DNA from: Balanoglossus misakiensis
Taxonomy: Eukaryota > Animalia > Hemichordata
DNA: 64,000 nucleotides
Reading direction: 5' to 3'
NCBI GenBank assembly: GCA_040954595.2
Contig: CM082593.2
Span: 814,801-878,800 of the forward strand
The translations under genes were made by a program, and so were the position numbers. Shown here in pieces: positions 39,671 to 50,900 of this stretch. The notes beneath the pieces were generated by a model. That model ran no database searches and was not told the DNA's origin. It worked only from the letters and a program-made list of their open reading frames with translations. The first letter of the stretch is position 1. Each line of letters begins with the position of its first letter.

Positions 39671-42271
39671 TTGCATTTAGTGCCTTTTAGACATTATTGA
39701 CCTCATGATAAAACAAAGCAACTAAACTCTGATTTCTCTATGACTGTTTACAATTTATGCTAGGAAAGATAGAGATATTGAAACATTTATTTATTAATTA
39801 CACTTTTTAAATGAAAAGTTTGCATAAAGAAATAGTATTACGTATATTATTGTTCAGCAAGTTGACTTCTGAAATGTTAGGATTTTATCTCAGATGTAAG
39901 TTGCAAAATTTGAAGTTGGAGAGTCTTGAAGTGCTATGATTTTAAAATAAGAAAGTAATTGAGTTAGTTATTTGCATATCGTTTTTGATTGGTCAAGTGT
40001 GTCATGATTTTGCATTTATTTGCATAATAGAAAATGTTTATTTACTGTTTTAACTTGTCTGGAAAACTTTGTTTAATTTTACTAATGAGCACATTACACT
40101 AGATAACATTTTAGATGACAAATATATTTGTGTATATAATAAATGCATATTTTGTGTTCACATATTTTTATAACAATGTTTAAGAATGAATGTTTCCACT
40201 GAACTACTAATGATCACTTGAACATATTTTTTATAAAGTTTTATTCTTTCTGGAAAAATAAAAAAAAAGTTTCTGTGCTATATGTGTTTGTTTTCTGATG
40301 TTCTTATGAGATAAACAATAACTTTAATTTGCATGTCCTTTTATTTGTTCACCCTTGCATCAGTTGGTATACAGTATGCTTTACCCATAACATTAGTAAT
40401 CTAATAAGTGTTCTACCAATAGGCAGGTCTGTTCTAAAACTGGTTTGAAAAGTTTCCCTGGAACGTGATGATTTTTTCTGACCTTGTTCCTGATCTCATT
40501 GGCATCTTGCCTATGTAGGTTGTAAAATAGATTTATGTGTTTTTGTTTCGATCCAATGCATTTGCCTGTTGGGGATTAGCACCTTTGTGAAATTTCTGTC
40601 CCATATTCTTGTATTTTCTCGTTTTCTAAGTACATGTGGCCAAAGGCAAAATAACTTGGCCTCAATAAATCTCGCTCAGTGATTTCTGACAGTTTCTATT
40701 TCTGGCTTGGCAGTGACCTCTAAGACAATTGGCTGAACATTTGGCCGTTTTAGCCGAGTGATCTATCATTGTCTGGTTCACTGGGGCGTCAGTGATTAAT
40801 GTAGGACTTGGGAATGTGGAAAAAACAAGACATATACTTGGGGGGAGGGGGGAAACATCAATTGCACATTTCTCCATATTGAGGGTGAATTGTTCTGGAA
40901 AGAGCGAAATCAAGTTAAAAATTTCTGTGAAGTTTCAATCCAATAATCTGACTAAGTGCACATAGATCACGATTTCAGGAAAACAATAATGGCCTCCGCA
41001 GACAGACAGACCAAAATTATGAAACTGAAAATCTAGGAATAACAAAAGGTGTTAAATGTCAAGTATTTCCCCACCAGAACTGTGTGACCTTTGACCCTAT
41101 TTGATCTGACCAATTGTACTTTTTTTATAATGTTAGTATTTTTTGCATTGTTGTGAAGGATGGTGGGCGTACATTTGGAAATTCCACGAGATCTGTGTAC
41201 CAAATGGAACCCTTATCCATATCAGAGATTTTTGAAGTACCTGTATTTGTATCAAGTGCTGTATTTGAATTCTTGTTATATTTTTTTAGTAACGTGAGAT
41301 AACTTTGTTTAGTGTAAACTTGAAACGTTGACACAGAATTGAGCTTTGGCCGGAAGAATTTTCTTACAAATGGATTACACGTACGTGTCGATAGGTGAAT
41401 GAAAGTTCATGTGTGTAAAAGGAGGCCGAGATCCACCCACGCGCACATTGCTGGGTTGTTTGGTCAGTGGGTTGTGTTGCTTGTATGAGTGGGTGTGGGA
41501 AGCCTGAAGAAATGGTGCCAAGAATTCCTGGCATTTTTGTCTGACAGGTACGCCCGTGTGGGCCGTGTGGTTACCGGTGTCAATTTCAGGTCAATGGTCA
41601 AGGGTCAGCGCTTTGTGCTAGATACTGTGGTCTTCTGTTGTTGTTTATCTGAGTGTTGCCAACTCACATTGTTTGTGGTACACGCACATGCCCTTTGAGT
41701 GGGATTTATGACCGGGGCATTTAAATGACCCAGCAGTAACCTGTTTTTAGGCCACAGTGCCACTTTCTGTTTCCACTATCTTTGAATGTGTAGGTTGATG
41801 TCCATTGGGCCAAGGCTGTTATGTTTTTCTGTTTTGAAAATTAAATTGTGGATTCTTTGTAAATCCCTCAGAGTTTGAACTTTGACATACTTCTGCTAAA
41901 AGAATGTCACATTTGTGGATTATCAGAACAGATCACAGCTCGACTTTGAAGTATCACAAATATGTCATGGAATTTCTCTGACAACAAATAAACATATACG
42001 CGATATATTTTTCTATGGGCGTTTGAGCTGAAATATAATTTGCTGATCAAAGTCTTGTTATATGAATTAGTATTGTAACCATAGCAAACCACTTTCATAC
42101 TTTATTGGGATTTTTGAGGATTATGTTACTCTGATGGGTATTATCATTTACCAACATGTACATATTTTTCTTAGATTGTATAAAATTTGTCGAAGCATTT
42201 GTATTTTTATCTAATATTTATTGGTTGACTCTCTACAGCATGTCAAAGTATTGAGCAGTCTGCCTCTCAAC

Positions 42272-42355
42272 TAGTCTAGAATACAGACTCGTGTTTTTTC
42301 CCCCACACACATGGAGTTCAGCGGGAGAAAACACACAAGCCTGGATTCTAGACTC
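42272..42355. mobile_element. 84-bp fold-back mini-MITE with 9-bp target-site duplication
   Basis: Inverted ends AGTCTAGAAT...ATTCTAGACT, flanked on both sides by CCTCTCAAC (42263-42271 and 42356-42364). Confidence 0.8.
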
Positions 42356-42515
42356 CCTCTCAACATTCTCTGTATGTGGGAAATAGTTATGATCTCCACA
42401 GTGGGCATTACATCATGTTATAGGGAGTTGATAAACAGCCATATCTTACAGGTGATAAAACTTTAATTTTGTCAGCAAAATCTGATAATTTCTGTCTGTC
42501 TGTCTGTCTGTGCAG

Positions 42516-42690
42516 GAAAGGGAAGAAAAAATGGAAGAAAAGGCAGGAGGAGAAAGAAACGGAGGAGAGAGAGGAAATTGCGGAGACGGAGGAGGAGGAG
42601 GAAGAAGAAGGAGAAAAATTGATGTGGCATCCTCCCGGAAGCCAGAGTAATGGTAATGTCCTCCAGGATGCTAATGATATTCCGCTACAG
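42516..42690 (+). CDS. nrg: Neuregulin-like gene, cytoplasmic exon 1 (basic stop-transfer run, then poly-Glu)
   Basis: Acceptor (TCTG)nTGCAG| in phase 2. Encodes KGKKKWKKRQEEKETEEREEIAETEEEEEEEGEKLMWHPPGSQSNGNVLQDANDIPLQ. Donor CAG|GTAACA (phase 0). Confidence 0.88.
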
Positions 42691-42711
42691 GTAACATTCC
42701 TTTTATTGTTT

Positions 42712-43044
42712 CCCTTTCTACAAAATGGTTTGGTCCAAATCCATAGTTTTTTATGCTGAACCTGGACAATTATAGAGGGAACGGGGGGTGGACGGGTTCA
42801 GACTGGTTGGAATAAAGTCATATATTTTGGAGGGTTTTTGTTAACCTTTTCACCATGATGGTGTGGTCCAAATCTATCGTTTTCTGTGGCAAATCTGGAC
42901 CTTTATAGAGGGAACTGGGGGTGATTGGTTTCAGACTGTAGGGGGCGCTATAAAGGCCAATTTCTGACCACATGATACAAGTCCATTGTACAGCCGTCAG
43001 TGGTATGGCAGACCTTGTTTCATTAAATAAAGGTGAAAGGGTTA
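42712..43044. mobile_element. Clustered degenerate copies of the TTAA/CCC-ended mini-element
   Basis: Two ~90-bp similar units (..TGGT(T/G)TGGTCCAAATC..CTGGAC..TATAGAGGGAAC..GGGGGTG..GGTT) near 42712 and 42841, closed by GGTGAAAGGGTTAA (43032-43044). Confidence 0.6.
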
Positions 43045-43101
43045 AGATTCTAATTTCTTGTTATCTCCCACCAACTTTAACATCTTTTGGATCTGTTGCA
43101 G

Positions 43102-44157
43102 CAAATGGGGCGTGAAGATGAAAATGAAAATGTCGGCCAGGAATACGAAACTACTTTCATGCATCCTCCATCTAGTAATGGCTTCTCAACACACCAGAGT
43201 CCCAATGAGATGAGTTACCATGGTAAAGGCAGCCCACATCTAAGTATTGGTAGTCACCATAGCAACAACAGTCACCAGAACAACCCTGAGAGAAATGGTC
43301 ACCGTGGCAGCCCTCTGAACAGTCTCAGTAATCGACAGATGAACACAAATAATAATAAGAGCTTACCTGTGCAGAAAATAATGCCATATTCATTTGATCA
43401 GTTAAATGATAACTATGATATACATCCAGCTGAACAAATGGATTGTGATCGAGAGGTAAGCACACCCACAGTTCAAGAAACTGATTCTGATTTAGAAGAC
43501 GATTATCCAAGATTTCCCGTGGCAGAAACTGAAGAGGAAGACAGCAATATGGATGATGCTTACGTCTTTTTGCCTCGGCAGCCGCGGGAACCACTTCCTG
43601 AAGGTGCTTTCAAACGACCAACACTGGACTTTGAGGTTCAGTCCAACAGTGCGTCATTACTAGAGGCTGAGGATGGTAGCGTATACACCAATGAAGACAC
43701 AACCATCGCTACAGGTTCTGACAGCGAATCGTCTAGTAGTGATGGTAACAGCTCATCGAGTAGTAGCGAGGACGGACGTTTGGATCTGCAGGATCCACGC
43801 TTACTGGCATTACAGAATCAACATAGCGATAAAGACAGCGGTGATTACGCTTGGGATGATGAAGAATTCTCTCCAGTGCACACTCAGCCAGCAATACATT
43901 TCATGGCAAATCCCTACGCAGGTCACGGATCACCTATACGCCAATCTCACCAACGCACTGCCCCTGCTGCCTTCAACCACTTTGCCAGTAATCCCTTGTA
44001 CGCTGCGATCCCCAACAACAAAACCTCGCAGGGTTCTCCACGAGGACGTGATAAATTCTCTGAGGACAATGGTAATGATGAGTCACAGACAGAAGAAGAT
44101 GAATGCATGTCCAGATTAAAAGATATTATCGAAAATCAAAATAGTGTGAATATATGA
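43102..44157 (+). CDS. nrg: Neuregulin-like gene, terminal exon: long acidic, Ser-rich cytoplasmic tail
   Basis: Acceptor TGTTGCAG| in phase 0, open to TGA at 44155-44157. QEYETT, SSSSEDGR...LLALQN and the C-terminal ECMSRLKDIIENQNSVNI recall the NRG1 a-tail (EEYETT, SETEDER...FLGIQN, EIQARLSSVIANQDPIAV). Confidence 0.9.
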   Translation, partial: QMGREDENENVGQEYETTFMHPPSSNGFSTHQSPNEMSYHGKGSPHLSIGSHHSNNSHQNNPERNGHRGSPLNSLSNRQMNTNNNKSLPVQKIMPYSFDQLNDNYDIHPAEQMDCDREVSTPTVQETDSDLEDDYPRFPVAETEEEDSNMDDAYVFLPRQPREPLPEGAFKRPTLDFEVQSNSASLLEAEDGSVYTNEDTTIATGSDSESSSSDGNSSSSSSEDGRLDLQDPRLLALQNQHSDKDSGDYAWDDEEFSPVHTQPAIHFMANPYAGHGSPIRQSHQRTAPAAFNHFASNPLYAAIPNNKTSQGSPRGRDKFSEDNGNDESQTEEDECMSRLKDIIENQNSVNI

Positions 44158-47100
44158 AAATGACAGATTCAGTACAATGTATTTACACATGCCAGAAATC
44201 TTTGTAAAACTTACAGTTAATATTGCAATTGAAACTTCAATTTTTTTTCTTTCATAGGCTTATAATTTGTTGAAAGTATTTTATTTATTTTTGTTTCAAC
44301 CAATATTGACAGTACACATAGAATACATAACCCTCAACTCCTATGTGAATACTGACACTAGCGAAGGCACTGGTAGGTCGACATCCCTTTTGCCATTACT
44401 CTCGCGTCCGAAATAAAACCAAAAAGCAAGTGAATTGTTGATGTTACTTGAAGATCAAATAGTGCAAAGATTTTATATTTATAGACTACAACAGAAATAT
44501 TTGTATATAAAGGCATTCCATGTGATTTAAATATTAACTTTTATGAGATGGAAATATTATAGGAGAAAGTCAGACTCAACTAGTTTGAACTGGTTTTATC
44601 CAGTTTTGTGGATTATCTGTAGTGATCATAGAGGCTGGAAAGAGTTGACTCTGTCCAGCTTTGATAAACATTGTTAGCGTTTGAAAGGAACTGGTTTAAA
44701 CAGGAATTATCCAGTTTTATAACTGCAGCACTGTGAGTGTCCAAAGTAACTGGTTTAAACTGGATTGCACAGTTTGCAAGAGTGACTCTTATACAGTGGC
44801 TGTAACCAGTTTGTTACTGGTTAAATATCAAGTAGTGTTTAAACTACTATTTTAAAAGTTCATCTTAATATTTATTCTCCAAATACTTACAATGAAATGT
44901 TTTCTTCTATTGAACATGAAATCTGAACATTGAATTTTCAAACAATGATTAATTACCCTTTGTGCCCACCCAGCAAGATTTGTCAGCTTCAGAGGCCAGT
45001 ACATTCAATTTGCTGTATTGCGGTAGTGTAATTTTAGAGTTCAAATGAATTATTTTTCAACGATGTGAAATTAGTATAAAAATGTAGAATTTCTATCTGG
45101 GTGGTCCCACTTTGTACAAATAAGACTTACTCGATGGAAACACTGTAAAAACACTTCTGCAAATGGTACTTTAAAAGTTTCCCCACATTTTAGAATTACA
45201 AAGATGATGAGATCTGATTTACATATAATTATAGTATGTTCAAGCAATGTAAACTTTAGATGAATAATTTTGTACCAATCATGGCAAATATGCAACTGTA
45301 GTGACATCAGGAGTGTGACTTCAAAACAAACTTTGACAGTTTGCAGCAGTGTTGACCTTTTTGGTTGTTTGTACGCTGTGTTCTATCCTCCAATAATTGT
45401 TGGGATCCAACTTCCCCTAGGCTGTTGAAGATTGTAGCTACCGTTCTCAAATTCATTGGAATATGATATACAGGCAGAAGACTTTATACCTCAACAAACA
45501 AGTGGTAATTCAGTCTGTCAAATCAGTATAACCATTTACTCACTCATTTGCATATTTGCCAGTTGGACCAATCAGCCATGAAGCTTTTCTTATCACTTTG
45601 CTTCAATTAAAACATGGACTTTATATAATAATATATATATTGTAGACTAGAATAAGCAAGTGATAAAAGATGGTGCTTTTTTCAAAGGGCACATCTTAAT
45701 ATAAAAAATGAAACCAGTAATTGATATTTAATGTTACTGTAGCATTTCTATATTTGGATTATTTAACTGTTCACTTTGAAGATTATGTAATGTGTGCTGT
45801 TAAAATATTTTGTTATTTGACTTGTGGTGACCATTATGCTGCTATGAAACATTTATTTTTGCCATACACCAAGAAAGATTGTTTTTTAGTATTGGCCAGA
45901 ATAAGCAAAGTCTGTGTTTTGTGTTAATCAAAAAATGGCTTACAGTTTGAAAGAATTGAGTGGTCAAGAAAGCATTTAGTGAAAACTGAATATATCTTAA
46001 TCTGATCCATTGTCTGATCCATACACAGCTGATGAACTTCTTAAATACTTTGTGACAAATGAAACATGAACAATGAAACAGAGTGATTAATTTAATGTTG
46101 TGTTGGACTTGAATTTGTTTTAAAGGGTAACCCGATAGAGATAAACAAACATTTAAAAAGAAAGCAACAAAAATATCTTTTCTCAAAACAATTCAGCATT
46201 CAAACTGAAATAATATGGTTATTTGTAGGAAACATTTCTCAGTCATCAGTCAAAGTTATGTTTGCCAAAAGTGTTTCGATATTAAAATTCAAATGATCTT
46301 CCTTTCTTGTCAATCTTCACTTGACTTTCTGAGAAACAAATGAACAAACACTTACATGGTATGAGCTTGCAACCATTTATGCAAAAATCATCTTAATTAT
46401 GCAAATATCTTGACAGTGCTCAATAACAGGGGGCAATGAACAGTGATGTGGGAAGTCTCTCCTCATAGGTTACAACATTCGTGCACCTCTTGTACACATT
46501 GAATTGATGAAGGAACTGACCAATCAAGAACTACTTCTGACATCGCTGCACATGGCGTGATATAGGAGCAAGTAGCAACTGCAAGATGCATCTCTTTAAA
46601 AATCAATTTCTTATTTCAACCTATTCTTTAATGTACAAGAACAATGTGGTATTATTCATATGCAACCTGTTGTGGGGAAAATTGTAGCAACAAGATAATT
46701 ACGAGATATTTCATCATATTTCATAGCTCTTCCATCATGATCATGAGCCACCAATCATCTGTGCTTCCTAAGGATTCTATGCTATCTCTTGCAAGTCATT
46801 TTTGTCATATGAAATACATCCTTTCATTTGAAATGTCCAAAAACATTCTTCCAGAGATCTGTTCTGTATAAGTACCTTCCGAGGCATTTAATACAAATAG
46901 TGTTAAGTTTTTTAAGTTTGCCCATTGCCAGATTAAAGGTGTATATTTTTTGTAGTTTCAAAGAATTGTTTTAACGATGTATTTTCTCAGAGAAAGTGTA
47001 TTGAAAGTTTATGTATCTGAAAACACCATGGAAATTATAAAAAAAAAAGGATTTGATTTCTGATCAGATTGTAGCAAAAGTTTCATGCTTTCACGAAGTA

Positions 47101-47682
47101 TTCATGTTTGTGACCCTTGATTTTAAGAAAGAATGTTCTGAAGTTGTCTTGAGCGAAATGAGATTACTTCAAGACTGTCAAAAGAAAAATCCTGTAAAAT
47201 TCTGGACTATTGAGTGGCTCCTGAGATTTGAAATGAAACCTGTCAGTAAAATTTTCCAGCTTATGAGTTGCAATTCAAAGGGATGTCTCTGTTGTGTATC
47301 GAAACTCATCAAATGAAACTGATTTCTGATTAATGCAAATGATTCTGGTTGGAAATTTGTTGCAATGCACTGTAGTTTAATGTATGACAACCGTGTGTGG
47401 CCACAGTCATGTTGCCTGCCAAAGGAAATATGGGCACATTGCAAATCTATTACTATTGTTATAGATTGTAATAGGCAGTTTAGTTCTGTCAAATGCAAAA
47501 AAAAATAGTTATGTAAATTAGTATTTATTTCATGTTGGTTTTCACTGTTGTAAACATAGATGCTAAAATTTGAATTTTATAAGATTATTATTTTTGATTT
47601 ATTTACAATTTATTTTGTTAATTTTAATACTGTATGTATTTTGAGTATGTGGGATGTAGCAACCTTTCTTGTACTAAGAAAT

Positions 47683-47760
47683 AATAAAGAAAAAAGGAAT
47701 CATTAGTTTTTGAAAAAAATTATATCTCATGTCCTGTGTTGTGCATGTGTGTTGTGTGGC
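47683..47760 (+). terminator. Probable distal polyadenylation signal, implying a ~3.5 kb 3' UTR
   Basis: AATAAA at 47683-47688 after a very T-rich stretch, followed by the GT-rich element GTCCTGTGTTGTGCATGTGTGTTGTGTGG (~47731-47759). Confidence 0.6.
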
Positions 47761-47904
47761 TTGAGAATTGTTCAAAGGATCTAAAGAGGGAGCCCTTCTA
47801 AGACGACGCGGAAACGAGTTGGTCTCAGCATGGAGTCTTGTGCATCGTCGCTATAGTTGAGAACGACGTTTGACAGCCGCATTTTATGGTAAGGTAATTT
47901 TTGC

Positions 47905-50900
47905 AGAGTCGAGAATTTGTCATTTTTTCATAAAATTCATGAGCTATAACCCATGAAAAACGTTCAAAAATGACAGAACACCAAGATTTGCAAAGTCGAG
48001 AATTTGTCGTTTTTTGATAAAATTCTACAACCCATGAAAAATGTCTACAAACGACAAAATGACCGAAATTCGCAAAGTCGGAAAACTGTTAATTTTTAAA
48101 AATTTCCTGAGCTATAACCCATGGTTTTTTCAAAAATCGGCCAAATTTTGAAATTCCGCAAAGTCGAAAAATTCTCATTTTTTGATGATTTTCCTGAGCT
48201 ATAACCCATGGTTTTTATCCAAAAACCACCAAATTTTCAAATTTCGCGAAGTCGAAAAATTGACATTTCTGGATGATTTTCATAAGCTATAACCCATGGT
48301 TTTTATCCAAAAACCACCAAATTTTGAAATTTCGCGAAGTCGAAAAATTGACATTTCTGGATGATTTTCATGAGCTATAACCCATGGTTTTTATCCAAAA
48401 ACCACCGAATTTTGAAATTTCACGAAGACGAAAAATTGACATTTCTGGATGATTTTCATGAGCTATAACCCATGGTTTTTATCCAAAAACCACCAAATTT
48501 TGAAATTTCGCGAAGTCGAAAAATTGACATTTCTGGATGATTTTCATGAGCTATAACCCATGGTTTTTATCCAAAAACCACCGAATTTTGAAATTTCGCG
48601 AAGTCGAAAAATTGACATTTCTGGATGATTTTCATGAGCTATAACCCATGGTTTTTATCCAAAAACCACCAAATTTTCAAATTTCGCGAAGTCGAAAAAT
48701 TGACATTTCTGGATGATTTTCATGAGCTATAACCCATGGTTTTTATCCAAAAACCACCAAATTTTGAAATTTCGCGAAGTCGAAAAATTGACATTTCTGG
48801 ATGATTTTCATGAGCTATAACCCATGGTTTTTATCCAAAAACCACCAAATTTTGAAATTTCGCGAAGTCGAAAAATTGACATTTCTGGATGATTTTCATG
48901 AGCTATAACCCATGGTTTTTATCCAAAAACCACCAAATTTTGAAATTTCGCGAAGTCGAAAAATTGACATTTCTGGATGATTTTCATGAGCTATAACCCA
49001 TGGTTTTTATCCAAAAACCACCAAATTTTGAAATTTCGCGAAGTCGAAAAATTGACATTTCTGGATGATTTTCATGAGCTATAACCCATGGTTTTTATCC
49101 AAAAACCACCAAATTTTGAAATTTCGCGAAGTCGAAAAATTGACATTTCTTGATGATTTTCATGAGCTATAACCCATGGTTTTTGTCCAAAAACCACCAA
49201 ATTTTGAAATTTCGCGAAGTCGAAAAATTGACATTTCTGGATGATTTTCATGAGCTATAACCCATGGTTTTTATCCAAAAACCACCAAATTTTGAAATTT
49301 CGCGAAGTCGAAAAATTGACATTTCTTGATGATTTTCATGAGCTATAACCCATGGTTTTTGTCCAAAAACCACCAAATTTTGAAATTTCGCGAAGTCCAA
49401 AAATTGACATTTCTGGATGATTTTCATGAGCTATAACCCATGGTTTTTATCCAAAAACCACCGAATTTTGAAATTTCGCGAAGTCGAAAAATTGACATTT
49501 CTGGATGATTTTCATGAGCTATAACCCATGGTTTTTATCCAAAAACCACCAAATTTTGAAATTTCGCGAAGTCGAAAAATTGACATTTCTGGATGATTTT
49601 CATGAGCTATAACCCATGGTTTTTATCCAAAAACCACCGAATTTTGAAATTTCGCGAAGTCGAAAAATTGACATTTCTGGATGATTTTCATGAGCTATAA
49701 CCCATGGTTTTTATCCAAAAACCACCGAATTTTGAAATTTCGCGAAGTCGAAAAATTGACATTTCTGGATGATTTTCATGAGCTATAACCCATGGTTTTT
49801 ATCCAAAAACCACCAAATTTTGAAATTTCGCGAAGTCGAAAAATTGACATTTCTGGATGATTTTCATGAGCTATAACCCATGGTTTTTATCCAAAAACCA
49901 CCGAATTTTGAAATTTCGCGAAGTCGAAAAATTGACATTTCTGGATGATTTTCATGAGCTATAACCCATGGTTTTTGTCCAAAAACCACCGAATTTTGAA
50001 ATTTCGCCAAGTCGAAAAATTGACATTTCAGGATGATTTTCATGAGCTATAACCCATGGTTTTTGTCCAAAAACCACCAAATTTTGAAATTTCGCCAAGT
50101 CGAAAAATTGACATTTCTGGATGATTTTCATGAGCTATAACCCATGGTTTTTGTCCAAAAACCACCAAATTTTGAAATTTCGCGAAGTCGAAAAATTGAC
50201 ATTTCTGGATGATTTTCATGAGCTATAACCCATGGTTTTTGTCCAAAAACCACCAAATTTTGAAAATTCGCGAAGTCGAAAAATTGACATTTCTGGATGA
50301 TTTTCATGAGCTATAACCCATGGTTTTTGTCCAAAAACCACCAAATTTTGAAAATTCGCGAAGTCGAAAAATTGACATTTCTGGATGATTTTCATGAGCT
50401 ATAACCCATGGTTTTTATCCAAAAACCACCGAATTTTGAAATTTCGCGAAGTCGAAAAATTGACATTTCTGGATGATTTTCATGAGCTATAACCCATGGT
50501 TTTTGTCCAAAAACCACCGAATTTTGAAATTTCGCCAAGTCGAAAAATTGACATTTCAGGATGATTTTCATGAGCTATAACCCATGGTTTTTGTCCAAAA
50601 ACCACCAAATTTTGAAATTTCGCCAAGTCGAAAAATTGACATTTCTGGATGATTTTCATGAGCTATAACCCATGGTTTTTGTCCAAAAACCACCAAATTT
50701 TGAAATTTCGCGAAGTCGAAAAATTGACATTTCTGGATGATTTTCATGAGCTATAACCCATGGTTTTTGTCCAAAAACCACCAAATTTTGAAATTTCGCG
50801 AAGTCGAAAAATTGACATTTCTGGATGATTTTCATGAGCTATAACCCATGGTTTTTGTCCAAAAACCACCAAATTTTGAAAATTCGCGAAGTCGAAAAAT

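Noticed and set aside
48769-48787. CENP-B-box-like TTTCGCGAAGTCGAAA
   Set aside because: Only TTCG matches; the conserved A and CGGG of the box are absent.
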